64,000 nt of DNA from Eledone cirrhosa (taxonomy: Eukaryota), in NCBI GenBank assembly GCA_964016885.1, contig OZ024742.1, forward strand, positions 341,310,001 to 341,374,000. The letters run 5' to 3'. Shown one piece after another: positions 1 to 12,100 of the stretch (within the stretch, counting starts at the first letter, position 1; each line of letters opens with the position of its first letter). A model generated the notes under the pieces. The model worked only from the letters and a program-made list of their open reading frames with translations. It did no database searches and had not been told where the DNA came from. The position numbers and the translations under genes are program-made.

Positions 1-34
1 CACACACACTCAAATACACACACACACATACACA

Positions 35-94
<60 letters not shown>

Positions 95-522
95 TACAAA
101 CACTATCTGAATTTGAGACTCTCTTTCCATAGTGTCGTTGTTTTACCTCTCACTGTCTCTCACTCTCTCTCTCTTTCTCTCTCCTCTCACTGTCTCTCAC
201 TCTCTCTTTTTTTCTCTCCTCTCACTGTGTCTCACTCTCTCTCTTTCTGTCTCCTCTCACTGTCTCTCACTTTCTCTTTCCTCTCACTGTCTCTCACTCT
301 CTCTGTCTTTCTGTCTCCTCTCACTGTCTCTCTCTCTCTCTCTTTCTCTATCTCTCTTTCTTTATCCCTCTCTCTATATATCTCTATTTATCTCTCTTTC
401 TCTTTACACTTTCTATCTCTGTATGCCTGTCAATATGTGTTTCCATCTGTCGGTTTCTCTCTCCATCTGTCGGTTTCTCTCTCCCCCTCTCTCTCTCTCT
501 CTCTCTCTTTCTCCCTCTCTCC

Positions 523-559
<37 letters not shown>

Positions 560-686
560 GATCTTTCTGTGTATATATATTTCTATACCTATCCATCCAT
601 CTATCTACCTAACTATCTACCTTCATATCTATCTATCTAATTATCCATTTATTTATCTATCTATCTACCTACTTATCTATTTATTA
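1..686. repeat. (CA)n, then CT-rich and degenerate (TCTA)n microsatellite
   Basis: Directly visible low-complexity tracts; they explain ORF 113..640 and the N-terminal part of ORF 132..1835. Confidence 0.95.
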
Positions 687-1835
687 ACAAAGAAACCAGC
701 GCAACCATCTCAAGCGGAAATTCAGTTAGTCTTGAAAGACGCGATGAGAGATATCACTTTTATACAAAAGGATAAACTCTATGGGAGTTTATCCATATTG
801 ATGAAAGACGAATTGGCGGCAAAAAAATACTCTGTGTCGCCAATTCGGTCCACAAACTACACCTTCTTCCCCACCTACATGGGTAAAAAAACCCAGAGGA
901 TATGGATAACCACCATCACCCCAAACATAAACTACTGGTGGTTACTAACCGGTTTCCTCAATTTAGACGAGGACAACCTCATTTCAATAGGGAAGGCATC
1001 CGGCGACGCGTTCAGTGGAACGAGCATCGAAGTTCTGACCCAAATAAGGCCAGAACGCATCGCCCAAATCCCTGAGCGCGTCATGCTGGATGACCGTACC
1101 CACCTCAACATTATTGTGGAGGGTAGGCGTCCCTCCTGTTACCTCTGTGGCAATAGAGGTCACCTGAGGGCTGCCTGTCCCCAGCTCACACAGAAAAAAA
1201 CACTGCTACCAACACCATCACCACCCCAACTACAACAACAAAAACAACCACAACAACAACAAAAACCAACAACCCCACCACCACCACCACAACAACAACA
1301 ACAACAAACACGTGAAAAAATAACACAGAATACTGTCCCACCCAATCCCTCCCCACCCAAAACAAATACAAAAACACGCACACCGCAAACACTACCAGAA
1401 AACATACCCCTCCCACCCAACAAGGAAGACGAACCTCTTTCGTCGCAAGACGAAAAAGATCCCTTCCAACAAGTAAAAAGAAAGAAGAGGAGACGCACCA
1501 CAGACACACATGTTAACTTTAACCCCCCCCCCCCCCAAGAGAACACAAACTACACACAAACCACCCCTCCCTGTCACACAACACTAACTGCTACACAAAA
1601 AAAGACCTTACAATACACATACATGAACACAGACAACAAAGAATTACGGAAAACAATTTCAGCAAACCCTTCGGTCCAAACTGAAGGGCCTAACTTTAAA
1701 ACTGCTGTGGGACTACCTCATTTAAAAATGATAAAAGTCCCAATGCACTTGTACAAAACACTGAAAACAAATTTCACGGAGGACGTGCCCCCCCCCCCCC
1801 CCCCTGCGCCAAACCAATCAACCGCGTCCTCCTAA
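687..1835 (+). CDS. LINE ORF1 (gag-like nucleic-acid-binding protein), 5'-truncated
   Basis: CYLCGNRGHLRAAC CCHC knuckle followed by a P/Q/T-rich region; homologous to ORFs 25306..26676 and 39840..41732; frameshift in poly-C near 1790-1804. Confidence 0.85.
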   Translation, partial: TKKPAQPSQAEIQLVLKDAMRDITFIQKDKLYGSLSILMKDELAAKKYSVSPIRSTNYTFFPTYMGKKTQRIWITTITPNINYWWLLTGFLNLDEDNLISIGKASGDAFSGTSIEVLTQIRPERIAQIPERVMLDDRTHLNIIVEGRRPSCYLCGNRGHLRAACPQLTQKKTLLPTPSPPQLQQQKQPQQQQKPTTPPPPPQQQQQQTREKITQNTVPPNPSPPKTNTKTRTPQTLPENIPLPPNKEDEPLSSQDEKDPFQQVKRKKRRRTTDTHVNFNPPPPQENTNYTQTTPPCHTTLTATQKKTLQYTYMNTDNKELRKTISANPSVQTEGPNFKTAVGLPHLKMIKVPMHLYKTLKTNFTEDVPPPPPPAPNQSTASS

Positions 1836-1852
1836 AAAATTTCACCCCCCAT

Positions 1853-4800
1853 GTGGTGGTGCTGGACCTTGGCAGTGGTGAAGGTAGAGCCTTTAGGCTG
1901 ATAGCCGCATATGCCCCTTTTGGGACAGAGCGGCCCGACTTTTTCCAGCGTCTGGAGTCTTTTCTAGGGACGTCCCGTTCCCTGCTTTTAGTGGGGGATT
2001 GGAATGGTATCCTGGAGGCACGTTGGGACTATGCAGGGGCATGTCCCGATAGAGAGGGGTGCAACAGCCTCAAGGGGTTACTCGGCCGATTTGACCTGGC
2101 CGATAGATTTCGACTAGATTTTCCGACGGTGCCAACCTGGTCTTGGTCAAATCGCAGCGGATCATCTAGATCGTACCTAGATGGATTTTTAGTTAGAAAT
2201 AAGGACAGGGACTTTTTAAGTTGTCCAGAAATGCTCATGGTTGGCTATTCAGACCACAAGTTGGTGACCTGCATGGTCAACCTTGATAGAACTCATAGAC
2301 AGGGCCCGGGTTACTGGAAGCTCAACTTGTCCTTGCCGGCAAGTAGAGCATACAGGAATCGGATTAGTACGTTAGTTAAGGAACGGTTGACTGGAGCGAT
2401 CGTCAACAACAGGTGGTGGGTATCTCTAAATAGAGAGATTAGAGTAGTCTCGATAGAATTTAGTAAGGTTCTAGCTGCGGATAGGAATAGGAAGGAAAGG
2501 GAGCTAATAGATAGAGTAGAAGAGGCAATTAGAAGCGGCGACGTGGCCAGAGTGCTAGCGTCGAGAACGGCTTTGAGCCAGTTTTTCGACGCGAAGCACG
2601 AAGGCTGCGTTGTCCGAAGTAAAATACGTGCTCTAGGGAACGAGGGGACCAAAGCTGTTGGCTGGGCCCGCGTGACAGAGGCCAACAGTGGAACTAAATC
2701 CACCATCCGGTCTTTGCGAGACCTGGATGGACGGGCGATTTTTGAGCCTAAGCAGATGTGTGAGGCCTTTCAAAGGCACTTTGCCCGACTGTTCGGGAGG
2801 GGCGGGGAGCCGGTTGGGAACGTGGACTTCGGTCCATACCTCGACGGCCTTCCGCGCCTCTCGGACAGGGAGGCGAAGTCCTGCGAGGAGCCGATTTCGG
2901 CCGCTGAGATAGAGGACGTGCTGGGCCAATGCGGCAAACGCAAATACCCGGGTCTCGATGGTCTTCCTTACGAATTATATCTAGCTATGCCGGACTTGTT
3001 CCCCGATCTCCTCGAGGCGGTCTACTGCAACTGGCAACAGAACGGGAGAATTCCCTGTACTGTGACCAAGGGCGTAGTCACGCTAGTGAGGAAGGACGAG
3101 AACAAGGGGGACGAAATAAGTAACTTCAGGCCCATAACACTGCTAAATACAGAGTTACAGATTTTGGCCAAGGTGCTAGCAAAGAGGTTGGCGCTTGTCG
3201 TGGGCAACCTGGTGGGAGATGCGCAGACATGCGCTATCCCGTCCAGGTCCATCCATGACAACCTCCACCTCATGCGATACATCATAGAGAGGGTTGGGAA
3301 CGAACCCGGCTTTGGTGAGGCTCTGATGAACTTGGATCAATCTAAGGCGTTCGATAGGGTCGACCATGGTTACCTGGATGCGGTGCTAGCGGCGGCAGGC
3401 TTCGGACCCGTTTTCAGGGGCTGGATCACTGCTATGCACAGCAGCCGCATCTGCTCTAGGGTCAAGGTGAACGGCTACCTCTCGGAGCCGTTCAAAATCG
3501 CGCGGTCGATCCGACAAGGGTGCCCTCTCTCCTCCCTTCTGTATGTGTTGACTCTCGAGCCACTACTGCGGAAGTTGGAGTTGTTGCAGGGCATCCCTTT
3601 GGAACCGGGATTGCGGAAAGCGGTGTCGGCCTACGCCGATGACGTGACAGTAATGGTGTCGACGGCCTCCGAAATCGAGGCGGTCGGCACCTTACTGGAG
3701 GAGTACGAAAGGTTCACAGGGGCTAAGCTGAACCGGGACCAGTCGATCGGTTTGCAACTCGGCACGTGGAGGGGCAGACCGATGCCCTCTGATGGCGTCG
3801 TCGGACGCTGGACGGAGGGCCCGGTGAAGTTGCTCGGGGTCTGGTTCGGACCGGACCTCCAGGTGGAGAAAAACTGGGCGGAGGTTACGAACAGGGTGTT
3901 TGCACTGACCCAGAAGTGGGCCAGTTGCAAACTATCCCTGAAAGGTCGGGCGGAGGTGGCGAACACCTACATAGCGTCCGTCATCTACTACCGCCTGACC
4001 GTAGTGCCCTGCCCAAGGGAAACCCTCACCAAGATGGAGCGTGCGCTCTTTCAATTCCTTTGGAAGAGGCGGGCTCCTATGGTGAGGAGATCCATCTGCT
4101 GTCAACACCCTTCGAAAGGAGGGCTGGGGATGCCGTGGCTAATGATGCGTAAACACGCATTAAGGCTACGGCACCTCTACGTATTCCTCACCGGTCAACC
4201 GGTGTGGGCCTTGTTTGTGAGACGAACCTTTCCCAGACTCGTCTCACTCACCGAGCTGCAATCCTGGGTCAAGCAAAGACCGAGAAAACTGGGCGCCTGG
4301 CACACTGAGTGTGCCCAGGCGCTCACCGCCCTCTGGCAGGCGGATCCGGTTATCAGTGGAGACTCCACCGCAACATTCTATAGAGGGCTGGTACGCAGCA
4401 GGTGCGACGACGCCCTCGGAGAAGCCCTAGAAATGGAGGAGGACGAACTGGCCAGCCTGTTCGGTAGGACATTCAGCCCGGGACCTATGGACAACTTCCA
4501 GAAGTCCCTGGCCTGGCAGTGCTACCGAGGGGCTTTACCCGTTCGAGAAAGGCTCTACAGACACGGGCGCCCGGGTAGGGACCCCGCCAAAAAGATCTGT
4601 CCCAGATGCGTGTGCGACGAGGAAACCGTTGCACACGCATTGGTACACTGCTCGGGCGTAGCCGATCTGTGGGGCTATGTCGAACAACTGCTGTCAAGGG
4701 TGGGACCGATCCGGTTGACCACCGAGTCTATTGTAATGATCAAGCCGCCTCCCCCCTTCAAAGATGAAGCAGAGGCGGTGTTTCTGTGCGTAATAGCCAT

Positions 4801-5014
4801 GGCGAAAGAGGTTGTATGGTGGACGCGTCTGAAAGGACTGAGGTCAGGCACCTTTCTCTCTGGCCAACAACTGGTCCGTTTCTTCCGATATCATTTCGGA
4901 AGAAGGATCAGGATGGAGAGAGAGGTGCTCCACCCCAGTCGTTTTTATGAAAGGTGGGTGAAAGTGGCGAGAATGGCTCGTGTGAATGGGCCTTCTCTTT
5001 ACATAAGCCTGTAG
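1853..5014 (+). CDS. LINE ORF2 (APE endonuclease, reverse transcriptase, C-terminal Cys/His motif); N-terminus lost
   Basis: GDWN and SDH APE motifs, GYWKLN, PGLDG, FRPITLLN, KAFDRV, RQGCPLS, AYADD, CPRC..ETVAHALVHC; about 90 codons shorter at the N-terminus than copy E. Confidence 0.93.
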   Translation: MVVLDLGSGEGRAFRLIAAYAPFGTERPDFFQRLESFLGTSRSLLLVGDWNGILEARWDYAGACPDREGCNSLKGLLGRFDLADRFRLDFPTVPTWSWSNRSGSSRSYLDGFLVRNKDRDFLSCPEMLMVGYSDHKLVTCMVNLDRTHRQGPGYWKLNLSLPASRAYRNRISTLVKERLTGAIVNNRWWVSLNREIRVVSIEFSKVLAADRNRKERELIDRVEEAIRSGDVARVLASRTALSQFFDAKHEGCVVRSKIRALGNEGTKAVGWARVTEANSGTKSTIRSLRDLDGRAIFEPKQMCEAFQRHFARLFGRGGEPVGNVDFGPYLDGLPRLSDREAKSCEEPISAAEIEDVLGQCGKRKYPGLDGLPYELYLAMPDLFPDLLEAVYCNWQQNGRIPCTVTKGVVTLVRKDENKGDEISNFRPITLLNTELQILAKVLAKRLALVVGNLVGDAQTCAIPSRSIHDNLHLMRYIIERVGNEPGFGEALMNLDQSKAFDRVDHGYLDAVLAAAGFGPVFRGWITAMHSSRICSRVKVNGYLSEPFKIARSIRQGCPLSSLLYVLTLEPLLRKLELLQGIPLEPGLRKAVSAYADDVTVMVSTASEIEAVGTLLEEYERFTGAKLNRDQSIGLQLGTWRGRPMPSDGVVGRWTEGPVKLLGVWFGPDLQVEKNWAEVTNRVFALTQKWASCKLSLKGRAEVANTYIASVIYYRLTVVPCPRETLTKMERALFQFLWKRRAPMVRRSICCQHPSKGGLGMPWLMMRKHALRLRHLYVFLTGQPVWALFVRRTFPRLVSLTELQSWVKQRPRKLGAWHTECAQALTALWQADPVISGDSTATFYRGLVRSRCDDALGEALEMEEDELASLFGRTFSPGPMDNFQKSLAWQCYRGALPVRERLYRHGRPGRDPAKKICPRCVCDEETVAHALVHCSGVADLWGYVEQLLSRVGPIRLTTESIVMIKPPPPFKDEAEAVFLCVIAMAKEVVWWTRLKGLRSGTFLSGQQLVRFFRYHFGRRIRMEREVLHPSRFYERWVKVARMARVNGPSLYISL

Positions 5015-5345
5015 GTGGAAAAGAGGAAGGAACGAGGGAGCACCCCCTCTCTGTGCTCCTGAGGAAAAGGGTTGCACACTTTTTTCGGGGGTGTGTGCGA
5101 CTCCCCAAGGCGCCTCCTCTCTATTGAGGATTTTGTTATAAATTTTATTTTTTGTTATATCTTATTTTATTTTTATATTTTGTTATTGCCTCCTCCTTAT
5201 TGAGGACGCCTTTTTGTGTAAACTCCCCCCTTTGTACTTGTCCCACTTTTGATGCCCTAGTGGCAAATAAAAGAAACATATCTATTTATTTACCTATTTA
5301 TCTATCAACATATCCATCTATCTATCATTCTATCAATTTATCTTC

Positions 5346-5692
5346 TTTAGGTTCCACTTTAGAAGGGGAATCAGAGTGGAGAGAGAGGCACTGCAGCCCA
5401 GTAAATTTACTAAAAGGTGGGTGAGTGTGGCAAAAATGGCCCGAGTGATTGAGCCTTCTCTGTATATAAACCTGTAGGTTGAAGAAGAGAGCAAAAGGAA
5501 GAAAGGAGCACTTGCACAACACGCTCCTGGAGTTAAGGGTTGTTCTATCAACGGGGTATTAAACAACCCATTTGTAGCGCCTCTCCCCTATTGGGGATTT
5601 CAATTGTTATTTTATTATATATAGTTTGTTATTTATTAATGTTAAAGTTGTATGTCCCATTTGTGTACGCCCCTGTGGCAAATAAAGAAAGA
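5346..5692 (+). mobile_element. Tx1 LINE 3'-end fragment (copy B)
   Basis: Homologous to the ORF2 end and 3' UTR of copies A and C; ends GGCAAATAAAGAAAG followed by ATATCTATCT. Confidence 0.85.
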
Positions 5693-5694
5693 TA

Positions 5695-5797
<103 letters not shown>

Positions 5798-5902
5798 CGA
5801 AGGAAATGTGGTAAGGAACCAGGTGGACCATAACGCACCAAAGTACTCAATACTTGAGGTAGTAGAGTGGGTAATAGGAACCAGTAAGGGGTCTTACTGG
5901 TT

Positions 5903-5951
<49 letters not shown>

Positions 5952-5978
5952 ATCTATCTATATATCTATCTATATATC

Positions 5979-6531
5979 TGTAGTGACCTACATTCCGCGT
6001 GCTCACATACATTCTCTGTGCGTGATTTGGCTCAGTTCAGCCAATCAGCGCCAGTAGAAGAGGATGTATCCCTACGCGCCCTGAGGAAGAAATTCGTCGC
6101 GAAGATTTCAAGAATCTATCTCTTGTACCAGGAACTTCGAACCAGCAACACGCATAATGTAACGGTGAGATTTTGCACCCTAGCCTCGCCGGCTTTCCGG
6201 CGCAATGGCACATTCCCTTTTGTAACCTCTTTTTATATGTAACTTCAACCATATAAGTTAACAAACATTGTTTGTACTACATCAAAAATAAACATACATT
6301 TCATCTCTAATTTCTGCTGTTGAAATCATTATTATGTTACTCGTGTCTCAATAACATCTATAATCCATGCTGCTGGAATTGGCGACCTGACGAAAGGAAT
6401 ATTGTAAATACAAAGATGGTAAATAGATCGAGGGACCTTCCTTCATGTCTATCTCGACAAGACAATCCAACGAGGATACCATCATTTTACTACACTGGCG
6501 ACTACGACTATCATTCTACTAAACTGCTAAA
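5979..6531 (+). repeat. 5' LTR
   Basis: Contains CCAAT (~6041), TATA-like (~6232-6257) and AATAAA (~6287) motifs; duplicated at 8190-8742. Confidence 0.9.
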
Positions 6532-6532
6532 G

Positions 6533-6545
6533 TGGTGACCGACGT
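6533..6545 (+). promoter_or_regulatory. Primer-binding site, tRNA-Trp-like
   Basis: TGGTGACCGACGT resembles the complement of the tRNA-Trp 3' end (TGGTGACCCCGACGT) with a 2-nt deletion; lies 1 nt after the LTR. Confidence 0.6.
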
Positions 6546-8189
6546 AAGAATTTAACGCAGCCTTTTTTTTTATCCAGTTGAACTTTTATTGCCGCGTTGC
6601 CGGCCTTTTTGCAACTTGCGAAAATACAATATATTCCTTTCAAAGTTTTTTTTTTTAAATTAGCAGTATTTCAAAAACTTTTCGCCACGAGGAAATTTCA
6701 GGATGGCTACCGACATGTCCTGGCTACACTCGACAACAGCAGCAGCAGCAGCAGCGACAGCATTGTTTAGCCACTGACCAACGACAGGGAATAGTGAGAT
6801 GGCAGCTTCATAGCCTTACCGACGCAAACTACCACACATCGGAAATTACAAAACGGCTTGTAACTTTACTGACGCAACCACCATACCTTCTGTCTCGGTA
6901 CCACAGGGACTCGAGAAATTGAGACAGTAGTTTTCTCACCATTAAGGCGTCAGACGTGGCTGCCATGTTTGGTGACTGCTACTCTACAGAAGATTCATTG
7001 ACTTTGCTTTAACAACAAGAAACACAACCTTATGTCACACAAGGTGGCAGGACGGTAAAATGGCCACGAAAACTCTCAAAAACACCATACATCTAACCCC
7101 TAACGGCATTAACAAACTTCTTTTTCAGTTTTCAGATAGAACTAGTGTCAGAAAGTCTGTACACTGGTGATGTGTGAATTATTTGACTTTGAAAAACTTT
7201 GAACTTATTGAGCAATTTCTCTGCTCCCTTAGATTGACTTTGAATTATCAGTTTGTTACATTCACATATTTCTTTGTAGAATGCATTTGCTTGTTTTGTG
7301 CTCTTTTGCTATTTGCTTGCTCATGGTTTTTGTTCATTCACATACTTTGCTGTTTTACATGCCTGCATATGCACACATTTTTTTTTTGTCACACACCAAC
7401 ATGTTGTTCTTGGTATATGTTCTTCAAACGTAATATTCTGCGAGTCCCTTTTCACCTGGTTGAGGTGCTGTCACATGCTAGCAGCTCATTGAGCTTAATC
7501 CACTGGATTCAAACAGGCACCGCAACACGAGAATACTAATTGCAGCTGAGCTCAAACAGTTTTGCATCTCGTTGCACACTGATCGTCCATGACGGCCTTC
7601 GTCTTGCTGTTTTTGCCCGACTCGCTGGGAAAACAGCAAATAGAACTGGGCTTGTCAGCATTTCGGCCACTTCTGTGGATTCGCCCGAATTATGGAATTT
7701 ACACTGCAACCCACCTACAGATTAAACTTGCTTTTTTTTCTTTTCAAAGCAACCAGCCATTTTTTCCTGGCTCCCTAGCACATTCGGCAATACATCTGGG
7801 AGGCCAACATTTTCTCGCCTACACATCATCTTCTTGCCAGCACTGGTAAACTACCATAATAGCTTCGTCTACAGCTACTGGTACAGTACTTACCATTAAC
7901 ATTAAATGCAAGAACAGCAACTTCGCCCATGTCAGACTTTATCCGTTTTTGTTAGACCTTTACTGGTCAAGTATAAACAACAAAACAGCTGGTCATTTGA
8001 CACAGCGGCTCAACACGGCCCGTAGCGCCTCATTTTTTTCTTGCATGCAGCCTGCTGCCCAATTATTATTTTAAACTGATGTGCTCTTTCAGCATTTGTT
8101 CTTGCTGATTCAATAATCTGTATCGACTTCCTTGTGGGTCCTTAGCTTCTTCGTTTACGATTTTAGGCTAAAAATCTGCTCGGAGGTAT

Positions 8190-8742
8190 TGTAGTGACCT
8201 ACATTCCGCGGGCTCACATACATTCTCTGTGCGTGATTTGGCTCAGTTCAGCCAATCAGCGCCAGTAGAAGAGGATGTATCCCTACGCGCTCTGAGGAAG
8301 AAATTCCCCGCGAAGATTTCAAGAATCTATCTCTTGTACCAGGAACTTCGAACCAGCAACACGCATAATGTAACGGTGAGATTTTGCACCCTAGCCTCGC
8401 CGGCTTTCCGGCGCAATGGCACATTCCCTTTTGTAACCTCTTTTTATATGTAACTTCAACCATATAAGTTAACAAACATTGTTTGTACTACATCAAAAAT
8501 AAACATACATTTCATCTCTAATTTCTGCTGTTGAAATCATTATTATGTTACTCGTGTCTCAATAACATCTATAATCCATGCTGCTGGAATTGGTGACCTG
8601 ACGAAAGGAATATTGTAAATACAAAGATGGTAAATAGATCGAGGGACCTTCCCTCATGTCTATGTCGACAAGACAATCCAACGGGGATACCATCATTTTA
8701 CTACACTGGCGACTACGACTATCATTCTACTAAACTGCTAAA
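8190..8742 (+). repeat. 3' LTR
   Basis: Direct repeat of 5979-6531, followed by TSD TATC. Confidence 0.9.
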
Positions 8743-8873
8743 TATCTATATATATATATATATGTAAATGGTAAACAGAAATAACAACACAATCGGTGCA
8801 GTATATGGAAAGGATATATTAGGTTAACGCTTGATATAGAAGGAAGAGAATATATATATATATATATATATAT

Positions 8874-9174
8874 ATGGTGGCTGCCAACTCGTTTTCGAGT
8901 ACGGCCACTACTTTATATCCATTTAGGAGAACCCCTACCGATGTGCTGAACGAATGTGACTTTTTAGTCCAGCCAGCGACTTGAAAACTCTGGTACAAAG
9001 ACTACACTTGTGACCATTATTGACACATAGTGCAGGGCCCATGGTACCATGTGATGACAAGTGCAGAGAGATCTCCAGATATAAAGCAATGCCTGTGCTG
9101 TGAAGCTTTTATAGTGAGCAAATGCACTGCACAAAGCCAGTCCCACTCTCTTAACCAAGATGATATTTACCAAA
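8874..9174 (-). mobile_element. 3' half of the RTE-derived short non-autonomous element (same family as 44627-50103)
   Basis: Near-identical to the units at 47641-50103. Confidence 0.85.
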
Positions 9175-9187
9175 ATACCTATCTATC

Positions 9188-12100
9188 CACCTCTGCCACA
9201 CACATCTTTTCCCCTACATACATGGGAAAAAGAACACAAAAAATAAACATTTCAAACATACCACCCAACATTAACATCTGATAGATGTTCTTGGAGGAAG
9301 ATGAAGACATAATACTGTCGATTCAAAAATCCACAAGAAACAACTGGAACGGCACAAGCTTGGAAATTTTAGTCCAAATGAAACCAGACAGAATTTCCAA
9401 GATACCAGAAAGAGTGCCAGTAGACAATACAAACTATATACGCATTTCGGCAGAAGGGGAGGGCCACATTGTTTTAAATGCGCAGGCACAGCGCATTTAA
9501 AGGCCTCCTGTCTCCTCTTACGAACAAACACCAACCCTCCCCAAAAAGTACTTTTACCAACACCAACACCAAAACAACAACAACAACAACACACAAAACA
9601 AGCAAACACACAAAAACAAACAACTATTCAACCACAAACAATTCCTCTGAAAAACACAGTCCCACCCCATCCACCCCATCCAATACTACCACAATCACAC
9701 ACACAAACACACAACATACCCTTCCCACACGCACCTGATGACGATTCATCGTCAGACGAGGCTACTTCTCATCCCCAAATGAAGAAGGAGAGCCTCGGAA
9801 ATTAAAAAAAAAAAGAGACACCATGAAGCGTCAAAAATACCAATCACCAACACAATCACCAACACCAACACAAACACACAACCACCAACACAAACAACAC
9901 CACAAACCCCCTACCCTCCACCCCCACCCCTACCACCAAAACAAACACCAACACCTCCCCAAACACAAATGCCCACCACAAAAAAAATACAAAATGAACA
10001 ACAAACCAAAACAACCCAACAAAAACATAAACAACAATACGCCTACGTCAACACAAACAACAAGAATTTGATGGAGGTCATCTCCCAAGGCCCCAGAGTA
10101 GAAACTGAGGGGAAAACCTTTGTCAAGGCAGATTCTCAACCAGACCTAAAACGGATAAGGGTTTTGATAGAAACCTATCAGAAATTAAAAGAACAATTTT
10201 CGCAGGACGTTGGCAACCCCTGTCAAAAACCAATCAACCGCGTCCTATTAAAATGTTTCCCCACCCCACCCAACACCAACATCAGTACCCAAATGGAGAT
10301 TGAACAACCCGATCTCCAGGAAACGAAAAGGTAAGTGCATGTTTTCGTTCTTTTTCACCAACTCTTCTCCACCAACATGGCTAATTTACGAGGTGTGAAT
10401 GTGCGTGGCCTAGGGATGCCCTGGAAACAGGGCCAACTTTTAAACGACCTTAGGTCACACGGTATAGCTATCACCGAGTCCAGGATCCACAACAGGCAGC
10501 AACTAACCCCCATCTTCAATGACTTTGAGATCTACGCAATCTCTCTGTCAGCCAGGAGGTGGAGGAGGAGTGGCTGTCATATTTCGGAAAAACCTGAACC
10601 TCGAAGTACAGCAAGTACACTTGGACCCGGACGGTTGACTGGTAGTCCTAGACGTGAACAGTGTTGGAGATGGAGCCTTCAGACTAATGGCTGTTTATGA
10701 CCGACTGGGCAATCGTGGCCAGATTTCTTTAAGCGTCTAGAGTCTTTTCTGGGAACGTCTCGCTCCTTGTTTTTAGTGGGGGACTGGAATGGTATCCTAG
10801 ACGCATGATGGGATTATGTAGGATAATGTCCCAGTAGAGGGGGGAGGGGGTGCAACAGCCTCAAACATTTAATCAGCCAATTCCAACAGGCCGATAGGTA
10901 TCGACTAGATTTCCCGACTGCACCACAGTGGACGTGGACAAAACGTAGCGAGACATCTAGATCGTATTTAGACAGGTTTTTTTTATTAGAGAGAGAGAGA
11001 CAAGATGTTAAGCTGTCCACAAATGCACATAGTTGGCTATTCAGACTACAAACTAGTCATCTGCATAGTCAACCGTGATATAATACAAGTCCACAATTCG
11101 GTCATTGAAAGACTAAAAGGGACGCATGCTATTGCGGATGTGCGCGGCCTTTCAGTGGTACTTTGCGCAACTGTTCGAGCAGAATGGCGGTGCGTCGAAC
11201 GAGCAATGAACTTTGGTTCATACCGCGACGGCCTGCCGCGTCTCTCGAACATGGACGCCGAGTTCTGCTAAAGACCGATTAAAGCCACTGAGATACGGGA
11301 CGCTCTGGGTCGCTGCGGGAAACGCAAATCACCCGGTCTAGATGGTCTACCCTATGAGTTTTACATAGGCATAACCCACTTGTTCTCTGGCGTTCTCTAA
11401 GCGGTCTACTGCAACTGGCAGGGGCGTAGTAACGCTGATCAGGAAAGACGAGAACAAGGAGGACGACTAAGCAACTGTAGGCCCATAACTTGCTCAACAC
11501 AGGGTTAAAGAGGTTGGCGTTTGTCGTCGAGAACCTGGTAGGGAAAGCGCAAACGTGTGCAATCCCGACCAGATCCATACACGACAACCTCCACCTCATG
11601 TGATACATCATAGAGAGGGTGGGGTGTAAACCCAGCTTCTGTGGGGCTCTGATCAATTTAGATCAGTCTAAGACATTCGATAGGGTCGACCATCGATACT
11701 TGGAAGCGGTTCTCAAGGCGGCCAGTTTCGGACCCGTCTTCAGAGGCTGGATCGCTGCAATGCACATCAACATCTACTCGACGGTCAAGGTGAACGGCTA
11801 CCTATCGGAGCCGTTCGCAATCCACGTTCCATCCGACAAGGATGCCCTCTCTCCTGCGAAAAGTGGCGTCGGCTTATGCCGACGACGTGGCGGTAATGCT
11901 GTCGAAAACCTCGGAAATCGAGGTAATCGGCAACCTACTACAGGAATACGAAAGGTTCACAGGAGCAAAACTGAACCCGGACAAGTCTGTTGGTTTGCAA
12001 CTCGGAGCGTGGAGAGGCAAACCGATGCCGTCCGACAGCGTCGTCGGACGCTGGACGGACGGACCGATGAAATTACTCGGGGTCTGGTTCGGTCCGGACC

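Larger units (their letters stand above)
687..5276 (+). mobile_element. Tx1/L1-clade non-LTR retrotransposon copy A (5'-truncated, ORF1/ORF2 junction deleted)
   Basis: ORF1 with zinc knuckle, ORF2 with APE-RT-Cys domain, 3' UTR ending AATAAAAGAAA (from 5266) and running into TCTA-like repeats. Confidence 0.93.
5979..8742 (+). mobile_element. Non-autonomous LTR retrotransposon (Gypsy-like): 553-bp LTRs and ~1.66-kb internal region without a recognisable ORF
   Basis: Direct repeats 5979-6531 and 8190-8742 (about 8 substitutions by eye); start TGTAGT; 4-bp TSD TATC on both sides; PBS-like TGGTGACCGACGT at 6533. Confidence 0.9.

Noticed and set aside
113-686. Long Leu/Ser-rich ORFs and the N-terminal extension of ORF 132..1835
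   Set aside because: Translation of CT/TCTA microsatellite; LINE homology starts only at ~687.
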